Shown here in pieces: positions 33,861-44,414 of a stretch of 64,000 nt of DNA; the stretch's first letter is position 1; every line of letters starts with the position of its first letter. The position numbers and the translations under genes are program-made. The notes under the pieces were generated by a model that worked only from the letters and a program-made list of their open reading frames with translations, did not search any database and was not told where the DNA came from. This DNA is from Paramoeba atlantica (taxonomy: Eukaryota; Protista; Discosea), in assembly GCA_977017575.1 (NCBI GenBank), contig CDRNVI010000034.1:198367-262366 (forward strand), written 5' to 3'.

Positions 33861-34504
33861 ATGGATCACGCAGAAGGAGAGGAAGATCTAAAAGAGTGTC
33901 TCAAGCTTGTTGAACCTGTTCCGGTATCTCACGGAGATTTGTTTGACATCTTTGCAGCTTCGACGAAACGAGTATACGTGAAGCGCAAAGATGTATTTAC
34001 TAGACCTTGTTTGACGATCAGTGAGGAAGAATTAAATTCCAAAATTGAGGGCATTACGGATCGTGTGGGGCGATCCTTAGACACTTTTCTGCACGGGAAA
34101 CGAATCCTGTGTGGCGTGTCCGTGACGCCAAAAAAGAGCGAAAAGCGCTACACCTCATCGATCGTCGTGGTCATCTTATTCTAGATGAACGTCCTCGAGC
34201 CGTGTACTTTCTCGTGGAAGCAGCTCAGGACCTTGAAAAACATCTTTCAGAGAATCCTCTGTACGCCCCAGTTCGAGCAAGTGAGGTTCAAGACTTCGTT
34301 CTGAGCTTTTGGCGCACATACACGGGAAATCGCTCTCTCGCATGCGCACAATGGCGAAAGAGTCGTTCTAGTGGCGTTGCGGAAAGTGAGTGTGCTCAGC
34401 AGGACGAAGACGCTCCCCAATCCTCCCCAGTAGCTCCATCCCGTAAACGTCGTAATATTGTGTTCCCGTGTGGGATGCTAATCCCCAAGTGGGACGTACT
34501 ATAA
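33861..34504 (+). pseudogene. Two overlapping ORFs, probably one frameshifted element-derived gene
   Basis: 33861-34184 and 34109-34504 overlap in different frames near an A-run; opposite to host gene strand; no family recognised. Confidence 0.35.
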
Positions 34505-34712
34505 AACGTAGTCGAGTTTTTTTCTGTAAAACATGATAAAAAACGTTTACAAATGCCCCATTTATAAATATATTTTCGCAGGATTACGTTGAGATGTACT
34601 TTTAATGTGAAGACATTACAACCTATCATGTAAGCAAGTAAACATAATGTTGGATAAACACGTACATTTCAAATAATCCTAGCCGTAAATTTCAAAGCAA
34701 AATTATCGCACT

Positions 34713-35482
34713 ATGACTGATCTGCCCTCTCTGCTTTCGCTCTCTCGCCTCGGAAAGTTCGTAGCTGAGTGTAAGGCCGGGGACATAATAGCGGTGGCCT
34801 GGTCCTCAGATAAGGTTCCCCGCGGAGAATTGTGGAAAGGGACAGTGAAAACGGTCGGAGACGAGAAGACTACCATGTCCGTAGATTATGGGAAATTCGG
34901 AGATCTCGCTTTCCCCCTACCAACGCAAGTGTCCACGCTGTTGACAAGCTTCCCGGAGATTCGTACTCCGCTGCGATGGAGAGAGTGGGAGGGCGCGAGA
35001 CGGGCACATTTGAACCGTTGGAACTGACGACCTATGGGATGTTCCTTGATTGCCCCCCCGAAGCGCGTGATCGAAGTTTTGTGGAGCTAGATTTGCATCT
35101 GCGCCGCTATTTTGGTATCGGTGCAGCGGAACGGAATGCCCCGCGGTTCCATCAAGACGAACATAGAAAAAATGATCTCCTACTGGCTTTCCTCGCGTGG
35201 TCGCGAAATTCTATGAAAATGGGGATAATGTGGAAATCGGATTCGAATCTCGCTGTTGGGGATAATATACTGGCAGCTCTCATGGCCTACAAGATACGTG
35301 CTCAACGAGGAGATTGCAGAGTGTTTGCGCAGGCCCTGGAGGAAGCGAAACTCACAGGCGGACTACGCGGTCACTTGGTGGCTGCCATGACAAAAGCAAT
35401 GGCGAAAAAATCGGACCCAAAAAACGACAGCTCAGGGCGACCCGCCGGCCCGAGTTACAAACCGCGCGAAAAGAAATTCTGA
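34713..35482 (+). mobile_element. Putative retroelement ORF1/gag-like region (frameshifted), directly upstream of RT fragments
   Basis: Overlapping ORFs 34713-35027 (beta-barrel/Tudor-like GDIIAVAW..LWKGTV..VDY) and 34832-35482; plus strand; abuts RT remains. Confidence 0.4.
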
Positions 35483-35579
35483 CTAGAGGATTTCTCGAGG
35501 GGGACTATACAATATACGATACCTCAGTTTACCCCTCAATAAGGTGGCTACCCGCCACTCGGACTTGTACTCGGTCTTC

Positions 35580-36500
35580 TCGGGGAGCCGGATGCAACAT
35601 GCTCCGGGGGGTTAAAACTTCTGGGGGCGTATATAGGCGCCACGGAAGTAGTTGAAGAGGAATGGGTCCTCTCTAAGGTCCCTAAAGTCACAAATTTCTT
35701 GAGTAAACTGAAGGACTTGCCCAGACAGTGTGCCTTCCTCTTCTACGCCTATGAGGGAGCCCCCGGTGGAACTACATAGTTCGTACGCATGAACCGGAGG
35801 CAGACCGAACGCCTCAAAAGGCGCACTCACGAAGAAATGGCGGGGGCCAGGGAGATGAAAAAAAAAGCGCTAACACGCGAGCATTTCCCCACGCTTACTC
35901 CTTACGTCGAATGGTGCTACACATCGGAAAGTAAGCTTACCTTTTGGAACACGCGTCATTAAATCTCGTGAGGGTGTCCAGCAAGGATCTCGTGAGGGTG
36001 TCCACCCATTGGGCCCTCTTCTTTTCTCGTTGGTCATGAGGGAAGTCGCCTCAGTAATTCACGCAGCAGCCGCCAAATTAGACCTAAACCTCTGGTACCT
36101 GGATGATGGCATTTTGGCTGGCACTTCCTGTGATGTGCGACACGCGTTCGACGTTATCGAAAAGAAGGGTCCACAATGGGGCCTACACCTCAACGCTGCC
36201 AAATGTGAGATTATTACCCACCCAGCATCTTCTCATCGTTCTTCTGTTTTTCCCGATCTCCCTGGCCCTAACAAAAACCTCGAAGGCAATTTTTACTTTC
36301 TCGGAATCCCCGTTGGATCGCCAGAGTTTTGCCGTGAATATCTCGTCAACAAAGCGGTCGAAATGGCAGAAGATTCTCTGGACGCTATAACGCACCTCAA
36401 AGACCCCCAGGTTGCCTTATCCCTCATTCGTCACTGCATTGGCTTCTGCCAGATGTTTACTCCCTACGAACAACCCCAACATCTGAACTTCGGGATCTCT
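35580..36500 (+). mobile_element. CRE/SLACS-clade non-LTR reverse transcriptase fragments
   Basis: GVQQG..PLGPLLFSL, WYLDDG, GLHLNAAKCE, FLGIPVG (36009-36500); second out-of-order piece GLKLLGAYIG..EWVLSKV at ~35610; 17-bp duplication TCTCGTGAGGGTGTCCA breaks the QGDPL motif. Confidence 0.85.
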
Positions 36501-36661
36501 GTCGGCGCGGTAGACATAGCTGTAAAATTATTAATATTTTTTTTGTTGAATAATAATTATTATTAAGAATTATTAATAGGGTCTTAGTAGGCAGATAGGG
36601 CATAAAAATACGATCGTCAGAATAGTTTACTCCCTCACATCCTTCTTTCTAATTCCGCTTC

Positions 36662-36934
36662 ATGCCAAGGAAGAATCCTGAAGGGGATCAACTCAGAAAA
36701 CTTCGGTTCTTGAGAGACCCCAGAAATGACGTTTTCTGGCTATGTATAAAGTGCAAGAATGAAGGCCAACTTTTTGGACACAAGCGCATAAAAATATCTG
36801 CGGAGAACTCCCACTCGGTCCTCATTGAACACGTGAAGTCTGCCCACAGTAACTCGAGAGAAATTATCACCACCGATGCGCATCTGCAAGAGATTGAGAC
36901 ATTCCGGGTAAACGTGGCGCAAACACATGTATGA
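36662..36934 (+). mobile_element. BED-type zinc-finger fragment of a DNA transposon
   Basis: FWLCIKC...S.SVLIEHVKSAH. Confidence 0.55.
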
Positions 36935-37023
36935 CTTAATGCTGGCTACAGTTTGAGTACAGGTGTCCCAATATTTTTTAATAAAAGCAGTCGAAATGTA
37001 TCCTAAAAAAATAGATACTGGCC

Positions 37024-37076
37024 CCCCCCGTTTAAGCGCACCTCGTTTTCCGTGAAAAGTGCGCTTAAACGGGGGG
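37024..37076. repeat. Perfect 18-bp stem hairpin
   Basis: CCCCCCGTTTAAGCGCAC-17 nt-GTGCGCTTAAACGGGGGG; similar in style to subterminal hairpins of the CTGTG-type MITEs. Confidence 0.85.
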
Positions 37077-38036
37077 TTTAAATCAGTACATAAAAAATAC
37101 TTTTTGCTTGAAGGGACCTAAGGGGGTTAACATATCACTTTCTCGTTCAAAATTCTGAGAGCTGCACGTTCCCTTCATTTTTAGATGATTTAAAAAAAGA
37201 ATACAAAAAATTATTTTTTGCATCTTCATACCATACAATTTTGAGCAAACAAACACTCCGCGGCCAGGGGGCACAAGTGGATCAATATTAATAAAGAGCG
37301 GCAAAGCTATTTTCTAGGATGACGAGATCTCTCGTTTGCAACGAAAATCAGAAACAACAGATAAAAATAATTGAATTTCTCATGGGAGGAGAGGATTTGA
37401 TTGCTTGAAATGTGAGAAATTGGTCTCTTGAAAAATGTGAAGAAAGTGATACTCCGTCTATTGGATGCAGGCATTTGAGAGTTTTGTTTCCATGCTTTAA
37501 CGCGCAAGGTCCTTGTGCTAGGATCTGCGAAATGCAACAAAAATGAGCTCAAACGGACACTTGGCTGAAAAGTTAGACGGGGGTGACTTTTCGCTGTGGG
37601 GGGTTATAAATTAGAACAAAAAAGAAAATTTATAGTTATATTTATAGAAATTATTAACAGGGTTCGAATTAACGAGAATGGTTACGCAAAAAGTCCTGAT
37701 TAATGATTCTGCCTGATGGAAAAACGCTATAATTCTGCGATAAGCTACCTCGGAACGTGAGATCCAAGGCCCTTGTCGGAAGTGAGGGTCAAATATTTCT
37801 GCGGTGTTCTCCCCTCTATCCTAGCTTTTCCTGTTTTTTTCTTCAAAAACATAATTTTTTTTCTGAAAAATTAGGAATGGCATTTATAGAAATTAATGAG
37901 GAGTATTAAAAGTGAGAAGAGGGCTCGTTTTACAAGGTTACCAGTGAACATCCCAGCCTCCCTCGGAAAATTTATAGAAAATTCATGTGGAAAATCGTTT
38001 AATAGTTTTTTAATGGCAAACAGGTGGGGTAGTATG

Positions 38037-38621
38037 CTAAAAGTCCAATCGAATCGTTTCCCCCAATATTTGACTTAGTTCATCATTTAGTCTTTTCAAA
38101 AGGCTGTGCCCGTTGCGGCTGCAAGCAGTACAAATTTTTTCATTGTTTTCTTGTTCTATATTGTAGTGAAAAGGACCGCTAAGAGGAGAAGACAACCAAA
38201 GCTGTCGATTTGGAGCCTGCTTGTTTAGCACGTATTTCCCTCTTGAGGTGTCAATGGAAAGGACTCCGCCCTCAAGGTTAACTTCCGTAATTTCATCAGG
38301 ATAACGTTCCGACAACTCTTCTAACTGCTCAGAAATCGCTTCAAGCACTTTCTCCACAGCTGCGTTGTACGCAACATCTGTGTATGCTGACATCCCGACG
38401 TCTCCGGTGGATGATGCAGAATTTAAAAATGGCGTTCTCGAGTAGTATCGCGCGAGTAAAAAAAATTGTGGTCCCACTACTCTCGCTAACGGACTAAATG
38501 GATGCAAATTAAATTTGTAAGGTGTCGATGAAGTGTAAGGTGTCGAAGTTGAAAATACTGTGCATTGACTCCAGCAAATATTTTTACGCGTTACATTCCG
38601 ATACCTACTCAGGCGATGCAT
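38037..38621 (-). CDS. FXN: Frataxin (CyaY family), mitochondrial precursor
   Basis: VNLEGGVLSI...GKYVLNKQAPNRQLWLSSPLSGPFHY; first ATG 38621 (38660 is TTG). Confidence 0.95.
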   Translation of the reverse strand: MHRLSRYRNVTRKNICWSQCTVFSTSTPYTSSTPYKFNLHPFSPLARVVGPQFFLLARYYSRTPFLNSASSTGDVGMSAYTDVAYNAAVEKVLEAISEQLEELSERYPDEITEVNLEGGVLSIDTSRGKYVLNKQAPNRQLWLSSPLSGPFHYNIEQENNEKICTACSRNGHSLLKRLNDELSQILGETIRLDF

Positions 38622-38897
38622 ATAAAATACAGTAGTATATATCTGCAAGTGTAAATACAACTATTCTAATTTTTGCTAGGTAACCTACGGTTTATGTCAG
38701 CGAACTTAAAAGAGGGGCTGTGAGAGAGTCAAAACAACCATAAGATCGCACCGTCCTATTTGATAAATTATTTAGACTAATACGATGTATTTAGTTTAGG
38801 CCATTACAATGAAGAATTCATACAGAACACAATTTCCCGTAAGTTCACTCTACAGTTGTAGACGCAAAACGCTGTGTAAAAGTGAAATTGTATGCGC

Positions 38898-41888
38898 TCA
38901 TTTGCAGCTCCTAAAAAACTTGCCCGCATATTCCGTCGCCTTTTCTCTGACACTTTGTGCATCACCCTGGAATCCTCCCTGGGCGCAGCTCTCCTTACCC
39001 CCGCCTTTCCCAACGGAAGCCTTTACCCAAGCGACAGCCGAAGCCTCTGATGATGTCACCTCGCCACCTGAACTTTGCCCTGTAGAATACCCCGGACGTA
39101 CTTGAGTCACCACAAGGCCGCATTTTTTGCTGAAATCATACCCCACAGCGAATACGCCACACAAACGAGAATTCGAGGAGAGAAGTACGCTGGTGGCACG
39201 TTGCACCAAATCTCTTGAGGGAGGGAGCTCCGTGCAAGGCCCCAAAATTGTCCATTGGGTGTCTGACGAAAGCGATGTTGCATGTCGCTGTGCCAGTTCC
39301 TCTACTATCACGAGTCGCGCAGCCTCATGCTTACGTTTCAATCCGTTCGCGAGGTTAATTTGCGCATCCATACCTTCACGTAGTTTGTGCTTCACCAGTA
39401 ACGGAGAAGTAGAGGCATTCACCGTGTCTCTTAGTTTGCTCAACGCCTTGACGGTGTCGTCCAGCTCCCCTGTAGAAATCCTTGTAATGTCATCGGCAAG
39501 ACATTGGAGATGGGCGCTCCTCTCCCGTAGTTCGTCCTCGAACCGGACGCCAAGTGCAATGGACTCCACCGCCTGATCGCCACTGACGGCGACGATCCGG
39601 CGGATTCCTCGCATCAACGCGTCCTCGGAGAGAAGTACGAAGCTCCCTACCTCGCTGAGCGAGCGGAGATGGGTGCCGCCGCAGAGCTCAATGCTATACG
39701 GAAGAAGATAATCTGCGTCGCTGACGTGCTCCAGAACCTCCTCCACGGGGATTCCAATGGTTACTACCTTCACGATATCGCCGTATTTCTCGTCAAAAGC
39801 ACTTCGGAGGGAGGGTATACCCTGGGCCACGGCCAGGGGGAGTTCTCTGGTATGTACCCTTAGGTCTTGCGCCACGGACGAACACAGCCGGTTCTCCACT
39901 TCGCGCAGCTCCTCGAGCTCGAGTTTCCTGCCCCAGGAGAAGTCAAAGCGGAGAGCGTCTTCGCCGACGTAGCTCCCACGCTGGTGCACTTCCCCAGACT
40001 CCGGATGTTGCAGCTGGAGCACTGCGCGTAGCGCGTGGTTAAGTTGGTGCGTCATTGTGTGGTTGGCTGCGACCCGGTGTCGACGAACTAAATCCACCTC
40101 CGTTGTGATGGTCTCCCCCACAGTAAGCGAACCGCTGTCAGAGGACGAGAAACCCCCGACGTGACATACATATCCACCCTGGTTGGACACTTTGGTTACG
40201 ACAAACCCAGGCGTGAGGGTTCCGGTGTCGTAGATCTGCCCCCCTGCCTCGGCGTAGAAATTGGTGCGGTCCAGTAACACGGCAAACTCTTCTGTGGAGC
40301 CCGTGATGTGCTGGACGAGTGTTCGGGACGATGTGGAGACAATCGCAACGACAGTCGCCTCCAGGCTTCGCCCCCAGTCATACTTTGCCTCGTCCTTCGT
40401 TGCCGGAACGCCTTCTCGCCGGAGGGTATCCAGTGTGGTGGGGTCCAGCACCGCGAATCCCGCCTTTGCTTTCTCCCCGGCTTCTTTTTTGTGCCGTTCC
40501 ATAGCGTGATAAAACCCGCTCTCATCGAGCGACAGTCCCCGGGCATCGGCCATAAGTTTGGTGAGGTCCATAGGAAACCCGTACCGGTCATGCAGAATAA
40601 ACGCCTCCACCCCCGGGACTACCCCCGTGTCGACACATCGCTGTGCGAGAGCATCAAAATGCCTCATCCCGGTTGTGTAGGTTCGCGCAAACGCGGTCTC
40701 CTCCTCCCTCAACACTGCGGCAACTTTGGCCAACGTTTTTCCACAGTTCAGCTCGGGGAACGCCGGCCCCAGGGTTTTCTGCACCCCTGCGACGAGCTCG
40801 GAGAGAAACCCCTCCCGGGCCCCGAGGAACTCATGCCCGAATCGTATGGCACGGCGCACAATACGACGCAGGACGAACCCGCGACCGCAGTTATCTGGCA
40901 GAGCCCCATCGGTGATCGCGCAGGTGAGCGTACGGATGTGATCCGCGACGACGCGATAGGCCATCGCGTGTTCCGCTTTCTCTGTGTTGGATAGATTGAT
41001 ATTCTCGGCGTCCTCGGTGGTACACAGGACTTTGTAGGGGTGGGGGTAAGCCGTGACATGTTGGATATGCTCAAACAGCGGCGTCCAGAGATCGGTGTCG
41101 TAGTTACTGGGGACATGCTGCAGCACCGAGAGCAGACGCTCCAGGCCCATGCCGGTGTCGACGTGGGTGGTGGGGAGTGGGGTGATGGCACCTCCCGGGA
41201 GGCGTTCGTACTGCATAAAGACCAGATTCCAGAGCTCAATAACGTTCGGGTCGTCTTGGTTGACCAGATCTGAGGCGTCACGATCGCCGAGACGGTCATA
41301 GTGGATTTCTGTACAGGGACCACAGGGTCCGGTCTCACCCATCTCCCAAAAGTTATCTTTAAGGTTTCCAGGGAGGATACGTTCCGGAGGGAAATACATT
41401 TCCCAGGCCTCTTTTGTTTCCACATCGCATGGCAGCCCCTCGGACTGGCATCCCTCAAAGTACGTCACGTAGAGTCGATCAGGGGGAATATCATAGACTT
41501 GGGTGAGCAGGAGCCAGGCTCGGTGGATAGCCTCGCGCTTGAAATACGTGGAGTCCCCGAAGGACCAGTTTCCGAGCATCTCGAAAAAGGTATGGTGATA
41601 AGTGTCACGGCCGACGTCCTCCAAGTCATTGTGTTTGCCACCCGCTCGGATGCATTTCTGGCTGTTCGTCGCGCGTCGGAGTTTTCCAAACTCCGTGTTC
41701 GGGTCGGCGGCTCCCAGGAAGATACTTTTAAATTGATTCATACCAGCGTTAGTGAAGAGAAGTGTCTTGTCGCTCTCTGGTACTACTCTAGAGGAGGGCA
41801 CAAAGCGATGATCACACTGGTTAACGAAATAATCAATGAACGCGCGGCGTGTTTTCTCCGCGGGCCATTTAAGTTTTGATTCACTCAT
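38898..41888 (-). CDS. AARS: Alanyl-tRNA synthetase
   Basis: LLFTNAGMNQFK, HHTFFEMLGNWSFG, DNFWEMGETGPCGPC, DTGMGLERL, editing motifs HTMTH and ELCGGTH, GKGGGK; first ATG 41888. Confidence 0.98.
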   Translation of the reverse strand: MSESKLKWPAEKTRRAFIDYFVNQCDHRFVPSSRVVPESDKTLLFTNAGMNQFKSIFLGAADPNTEFGKLRRATNSQKCIRAGGKHNDLEDVGRDTYHHTFFEMLGNWSFGDSTYFKREAIHRAWLLLTQVYDIPPDRLYVTYFEGCQSEGLPCDVETKEAWEMYFPPERILPGNLKDNFWEMGETGPCGPCTEIHYDRLGDRDASDLVNQDDPNVIELWNLVFMQYERLPGGAITPLPTTHVDTGMGLERLLSVLQHVPSNYDTDLWTPLFEHIQHVTAYPHPYKVLCTTEDAENINLSNTEKAEHAMAYRVVADHIRTLTCAITDGALPDNCGRGFVLRRIVRRAIRFGHEFLGAREGFLSELVAGVQKTLGPAFPELNCGKTLAKVAAVLREEETAFARTYTTGMRHFDALAQRCVDTGVVPGVEAFILHDRYGFPMDLTKLMADARGLSLDESGFYHAMERHKKEAGEKAKAGFAVLDPTTLDTLRREGVPATKDEAKYDWGRSLEATVVAIVSTSSRTLVQHITGSTEEFAVLLDRTNFYAEAGGQIYDTGTLTPGFVVTKVSNQGGYVCHVGGFSSSDSGSLTVGETITTEVDLVRRHRVAANHTMTHQLNHALRAVLQLQHPESGEVHQRGSYVGEDALRFDFSWGRKLELEELREVENRLCSSVAQDLRVHTRELPLAVAQGIPSLRSAFDEKYGDIVKVVTIGIPVEEVLEHVSDADYLLPYSIELCGGTHLRSLSEVGSFVLLSEDALMRGIRRIVAVSGDQAVESIALGVRFEDELRERSAHLQCLADDITRISTGELDDTVKALSKLRDTVNASTSPLLVKHKLREGMDAQINLANGLKRKHEAARLVIVEELAQRHATSLSSDTQWTILGPCTELPPSRDLVQRATSVLLSSNSRLCGVFAVGYDFSKKCGLVVTQVRPGYSTGQSSGGEVTSSEASAVAWVKASVGKGGGKESCAQGGFQGDAQSVREKATEYAGKFFRSCK

Positions 41889-42187
41889 GTGGGTAACTAC
41901 CGAAGCGCGGGTAAACGTTCGGTACAACGAATTTAGGTTAGATGACGAAAAACAAAGAAAAGTCAAAGAAAAAAGTTGAAGTGTAAACCGAAGTTGCTTT
42001 CATACTGTGTGTAAGAACTATCAATTGTGGCTTCATTTTGCCATGGACTCCATATTAAATATGGATAAATATTATTTGTACCAAATACTATTTACTACGA
42101 AATACGCCTAAAAAATTGTGCTGGATTCAAAAAACCTGTAATTCAAGAAAGTCTGACTTTTTGAATTACAGTAAAACTTTCAAAGTC

Positions 42188-44137
42188 TTACAAAAGTAAA
42201 TCCTTCAAAGCACATGGAGTAAAACCAGAGCGTTTATCATGCACATCTCGCACATGAACACTGTGGCGTATAATGCACACCTCCTTTGTGGTTCCCCAAA
42301 AGTAAGTGGTCTTGTCGTACACGGATTTGGGTACTTGAGAAAAGGGAATGCCATAGCCCAATGCCAGCATCCGCAAGCACTGCACTATTCGACCTGAGAC
42401 CAACGCATTGTAAAAGCTTATCGAACAAAGTTCCTCGGAAGAAGTATCCGCGGAAGGCGTTTTCATGGACGATTTCGCATTGTCCTCGCAAAGATCACGA
42501 ATACGGCTGCTAATTTGAGTGAGCGCATCCTTACTTACTGTACTTTCAAACTTCTCATCCGTAGATGAGGCAAGAGTTTTCTCACGCGCTCGTTTCTGAA
42601 ATTCGTGTATGACACTGCGTACTGTTTGAGTTACGATTGGATCCAAGCAGAATTCGTCATTCTGGCAAAATGCTTTTGCAATTTCGGAAAAAAGTGTCCA
42701 GAGAATTTTCACATTCGGAAAAGACATTTCGCGTATGAGCACATAGTAAACTGGAAGGAAAACAGATTTCAGATGTAGTATTCGTGTGTTCCGAGGCAGG
42801 AAACTGAGGAACTCGACGTAATTCAGCGCGAGAATATCAAAATTAGAGGACATAGATCCGATCTCCGACTGTAAGACACTGATAAACCATTCTGGATTCT
42901 GACTTTGTGTAATAAGACGCTGCAGCAGCGAGCTTGAAAATTTATAAAGAATGCTACAGGATGCTGGAGCTATATCCTCACCGGAGGAGTCATTGTTGCT
43001 GTCGAGGTCATTTTCGATTTGTAGTTCGGAGAGCTTGGTAAGGGCATTCGGACAGAGGAAGTTCCTTATTGACAAGTATTTCCAGGAAGAATTGTTGAAA
43101 ACTTTAGGGTGAGATAAAGAGTGGCATAAAAAGTCGTACATTTTTTCAGTTATACCGCTGCGGTGCAATTGTTCACAAGTGTCCCCGCTATATGCCAACC
43201 AAGGAATTATCATGTGTGCAAGAGAAAGAGGAGGATATATTGGCAATAAGTCGCACAAATTCGTCGCTTCGGATCTCTCCTTCACTTTTTGATAAATTCT
43301 CCACAACTCTGGAATTATGACATGTTGAAACAGTGCCTGGACATGCCCTCTTGTGAGAAGTCTTTCCCAAAGCCGGAGCTCGTTGGCCGCTTGTTCGGCG
43401 GAACGAAACCCGTGCAAAGAAACATCCTCAGAGTAGAAATTTTTGGATTTACTTTTCTTGGCACACCTCCCACATAGGAACGCATGGAGATCACAATTTT
43501 GTGGTTGAAAAAAATTGTGAAGTGCTTGTCGTAGCCACGGCATAATATGTGAAGCCATTGCACTAGAAATAGAATCCTCGTTGTTGTTCTCTCCCATCAA
43601 ATTTATAGACGTCGCGAACTCATATAGTGCTTGACAAGGTAAGGGCGGGTGAAACAAGCACACGGAACGACCATTGTACTCAACAACAAAGTCAGTTGTC
43701 GTGCGGGTGTCTACTATTTTCGCAGAGCTCGATCGGAGTAAAGCCGGCTTCCAGGAAAGTTCGAGTACACGGGACAAAAGCACGCATGCCACATCGCGAT
43801 AACTTAATTCCCCACCCGATAGCGGATACCTTTCTCTTACTCTGGTGAGAGCTAGGGCTACCGTCCTCAAAATGTTTCCACAGTTTGATTCCACCTCGAT
43901 CCAATAGGTATCAGACACAGGACGCGTAGCAAGTTTTCCGAGAGACTGGATGACTTGACCGTAGATGGTGTCTGTCGCGTGCAGCGCGGCCCTTAGGCTG
44001 AGTAGCGTTGTAACGTCATGCAACACTGCTGATTCCCTATCTTCCCGTAGTAGAAAATCACAAAAACTATCCTGAAGGTCTATTTCTTGGGACTCCCTGT
44101 CAGGTTGAATTGCTGCAGGATCTTCTCGCATCGACAT
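42188..44137 (-). CDS. TFIP11/Ntr1-like protein (GCFC domain plus TFIP11 C-terminal domain), no G-patch seen
   Basis: ELRLWERLL...LFQHVIIPELW...LAHMIIPWL (GCFC-like) and LALGYGIPFSQV...KTTYFWG...FTPCALKDLL (TFIP11 C-terminus-like). Confidence 0.55.
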   Translation of the reverse strand: MSMREDPAAIQPDRESQEIDLQDSFCDFLLREDRESAVLHDVTTLLSLRAALHATDTIYGQVIQSLGKLATRPVSDTYWIEVESNCGNILRTVALALTRVRERYPLSGGELSYRDVACVLLSRVLELSWKPALLRSSSAKIVDTRTTTDFVVEYNGRSVCLFHPPLPCQALYEFATSINLMGENNNEDSISSAMASHIMPWLRQALHNFFQPQNCDLHAFLCGRCAKKSKSKNFYSEDVSLHGFRSAEQAANELRLWERLLTRGHVQALFQHVIIPELWRIYQKVKERSEATNLCDLLPIYPPLSLAHMIIPWLAYSGDTCEQLHRSGITEKMYDFLCHSLSHPKVFNNSSWKYLSIRNFLCPNALTKLSELQIENDLDSNNDSSGEDIAPASCSILYKFSSSLLQRLITQSQNPEWFISVLQSEIGSMSSNFDILALNYVEFLSFLPRNTRILHLKSVFLPVYYVLIREMSFPNVKILWTLFSEIAKAFCQNDEFCLDPIVTQTVRSVIHEFQKRAREKTLASSTDEKFESTVSKDALTQISSRIRDLCEDNAKSSMKTPSADTSSEELCSISFYNALVSGRIVQCLRMLALGYGIPFSQVPKSVYDKTTYFWGTTKEVCIIRHSVHVRDVHDKRSGFTPCALKDLLL

Positions 44138-44414
44138 GCAAGTATCAACCCAATGGCTTGCGAGGGTAGCGCATCAAACCATATGCATGTGTTCAAAAGT
44201 TAATTGCAAAAAAAACGGACACCGTAAAAATATTCGAAATATCAGATGACAGAACGTGTGAAAGCTAAAAATAACGAATGCCAGAAAGTACTGTGACTGA
44301 TTTTATATCTAAGAGCTCAAAAAAGGCTCCCCAATTAGTGATTTTTCAAGACACGTATCTTCTTGAAACAGGAACCTAACAAGATGAAATCAACCCAATA
44401 TGGCTTCCCTTCTC

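Noticed and set aside
37655-37680. tRNA T-loop-like GGTTCGAAT
   Set aside because: No cloverleaf stems or A-box around it; similar text occurs in element debris at ~18628.
41889-41966. N-terminal presequence-like extension of AlaRS
   Set aside because: It begins at TTG, has no in-frame ATG before the upstream stop, and overlaps the polypyrimidine tract.
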